Source: Bacillota bacterium (GTDB lineage: Bacteria; Bacillota; Clostridia; Saccharofermentanales; Fastidiosipilaceae). Taken from it: 57,689 bases of DNA. The stretch is from NCBI GenBank assembly GCA_030055235.1, contig JASGUW010000091.1, forward strand, positions 1 through 57,689, read 5' to 3'. Position numbers and translations under genes: made by a program. Positions 57,241 through 57,689 of this stretch are shown here, piece by piece. Under the pieces are notes generated by a model. It was not told the origin of the DNA. It searched no databases and saw nothing but the letters and a program-made list of their open reading frames with translations. Within the stretch, counting starts at the first letter, position 1. Each line of letters begins with the position of its first letter.

Positions 57241-57274
57241 GTTTCGGCACGTTGTCAGGACAACATGCCGAAAC
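57241..57274. promoter_or_regulatory. 34-nt near-perfect palindrome in the gntR 5' region (candidate operator)
   Basis: GTTTCGGCACGTTGTC-AG-GACAACATGCCGAAAC, two 16-nt arms with one mismatch, 28 nt upstream of the gntR start. Confidence 0.45.
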
Positions 57275-57530
57275 AACCCCATTATAACATGGTCAGAAAA
57301 TCAGGCAGATGCGCTTTTGGGTGTTCGGGTGTTTGGATATGGGAGTTCGGGCGTTTGAGTGTTTGGCGATGGCTTGTCGGATGTGAATGGAATACGACAG
57401 GAAGGCGAGCGACGGGGATAGCAGGCACGACCTGCACTTTCATGGAGATTGTGAAGCGATTCAGATTCTTTACCCTGAAATAGTATGATTAAGCTGATCC
57501 AGACAACCAGCTCGACACGTTGCGGCGCGC

Positions 57531-57689
57531 GTCCTCTGTGGTCAAGATGAGGAGAAATACAAAATCCTTTTTGTAAAACTCCCGATCTTGACCAGAAACA
57601 GGTCCTTTGTGGTCAAGATAAAGAGAAATACAAAATCCTTTTTGTAAAACTCTCGATCTTGACCAGAAACAGGTCCTTTGTGGTCAAGA
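57531..57689. repeat. tandem array (71-bp period, more than 2.2 units, truncated by the window end) of the TTGACC...GGTCAA hairpin family
   Basis: GTCCTYTGTGGTCAAGA recurs at 57531, 57602 and 57673. Each unit holds the hairpin TCTTGACCA-N15-TGGTCAAGA and the small hairpin TACAAAA-TCC-TTTTGTA. The units are near-identical throughout. Confidence 0.85.

Overview
High-GC (by eye above 60%) chromosomal window with Firmicutes/Clostridia-type gene order. The taxonomic assignment is an inference from synteny, Cheo-type LexA boxes, a T-box leader and DapL. Most of the window is housekeeping. The + strand carries rimO-pgsA-acpP-rnc-smc-ftsY and a tightly packed run murT-like, SDR, miaB, mutS, mutL, miaA, hfq-like, plus T-box-leuA and a five-gene liv-type branched-chain amino-acid ABC operon. 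Elsewhere are lexA, dapL, asd, a YibE/F protein, an alkaline phosphatase, and a minus-strand gntR-cysteine desulfurase-thiI-glyA-rarA run. Two stretches look accessory and are clearly lower in GC by eye. The first (about 21.2-28.9 kb) has two large secreted-protein genes, one with a cohesin-like module and the next with BspA-type LRRs and a dockerin-like module. The second (about 34.0-38.4 kb) has an endonuclease III-like glycosylase, hypothetical membrane proteins, an XRE regulator and an ORF-poor gap. The most unusual signal is non-coding. Two roughly 1-kb ORF-less composite repeat regions (about 8.25-9.31 kb and 47.55-48.2 kb) are inverted copies of each other and bracket about 38 kb of core genes. 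Each sits between convergent genes and is built from tandem arrays of terminator-like hairpins that face outward around a conserved core of about 200 nt. A second hairpin-repeat family (TTGACC...GGTCAA) occurs at 34.65 kb and as a tandem array running off the window end. I found no CRISPR array, tRNA, rRNA, transposase, prophage or recognisable defence system. All calls come from reading the sequence and ORF translations; no searches were run.
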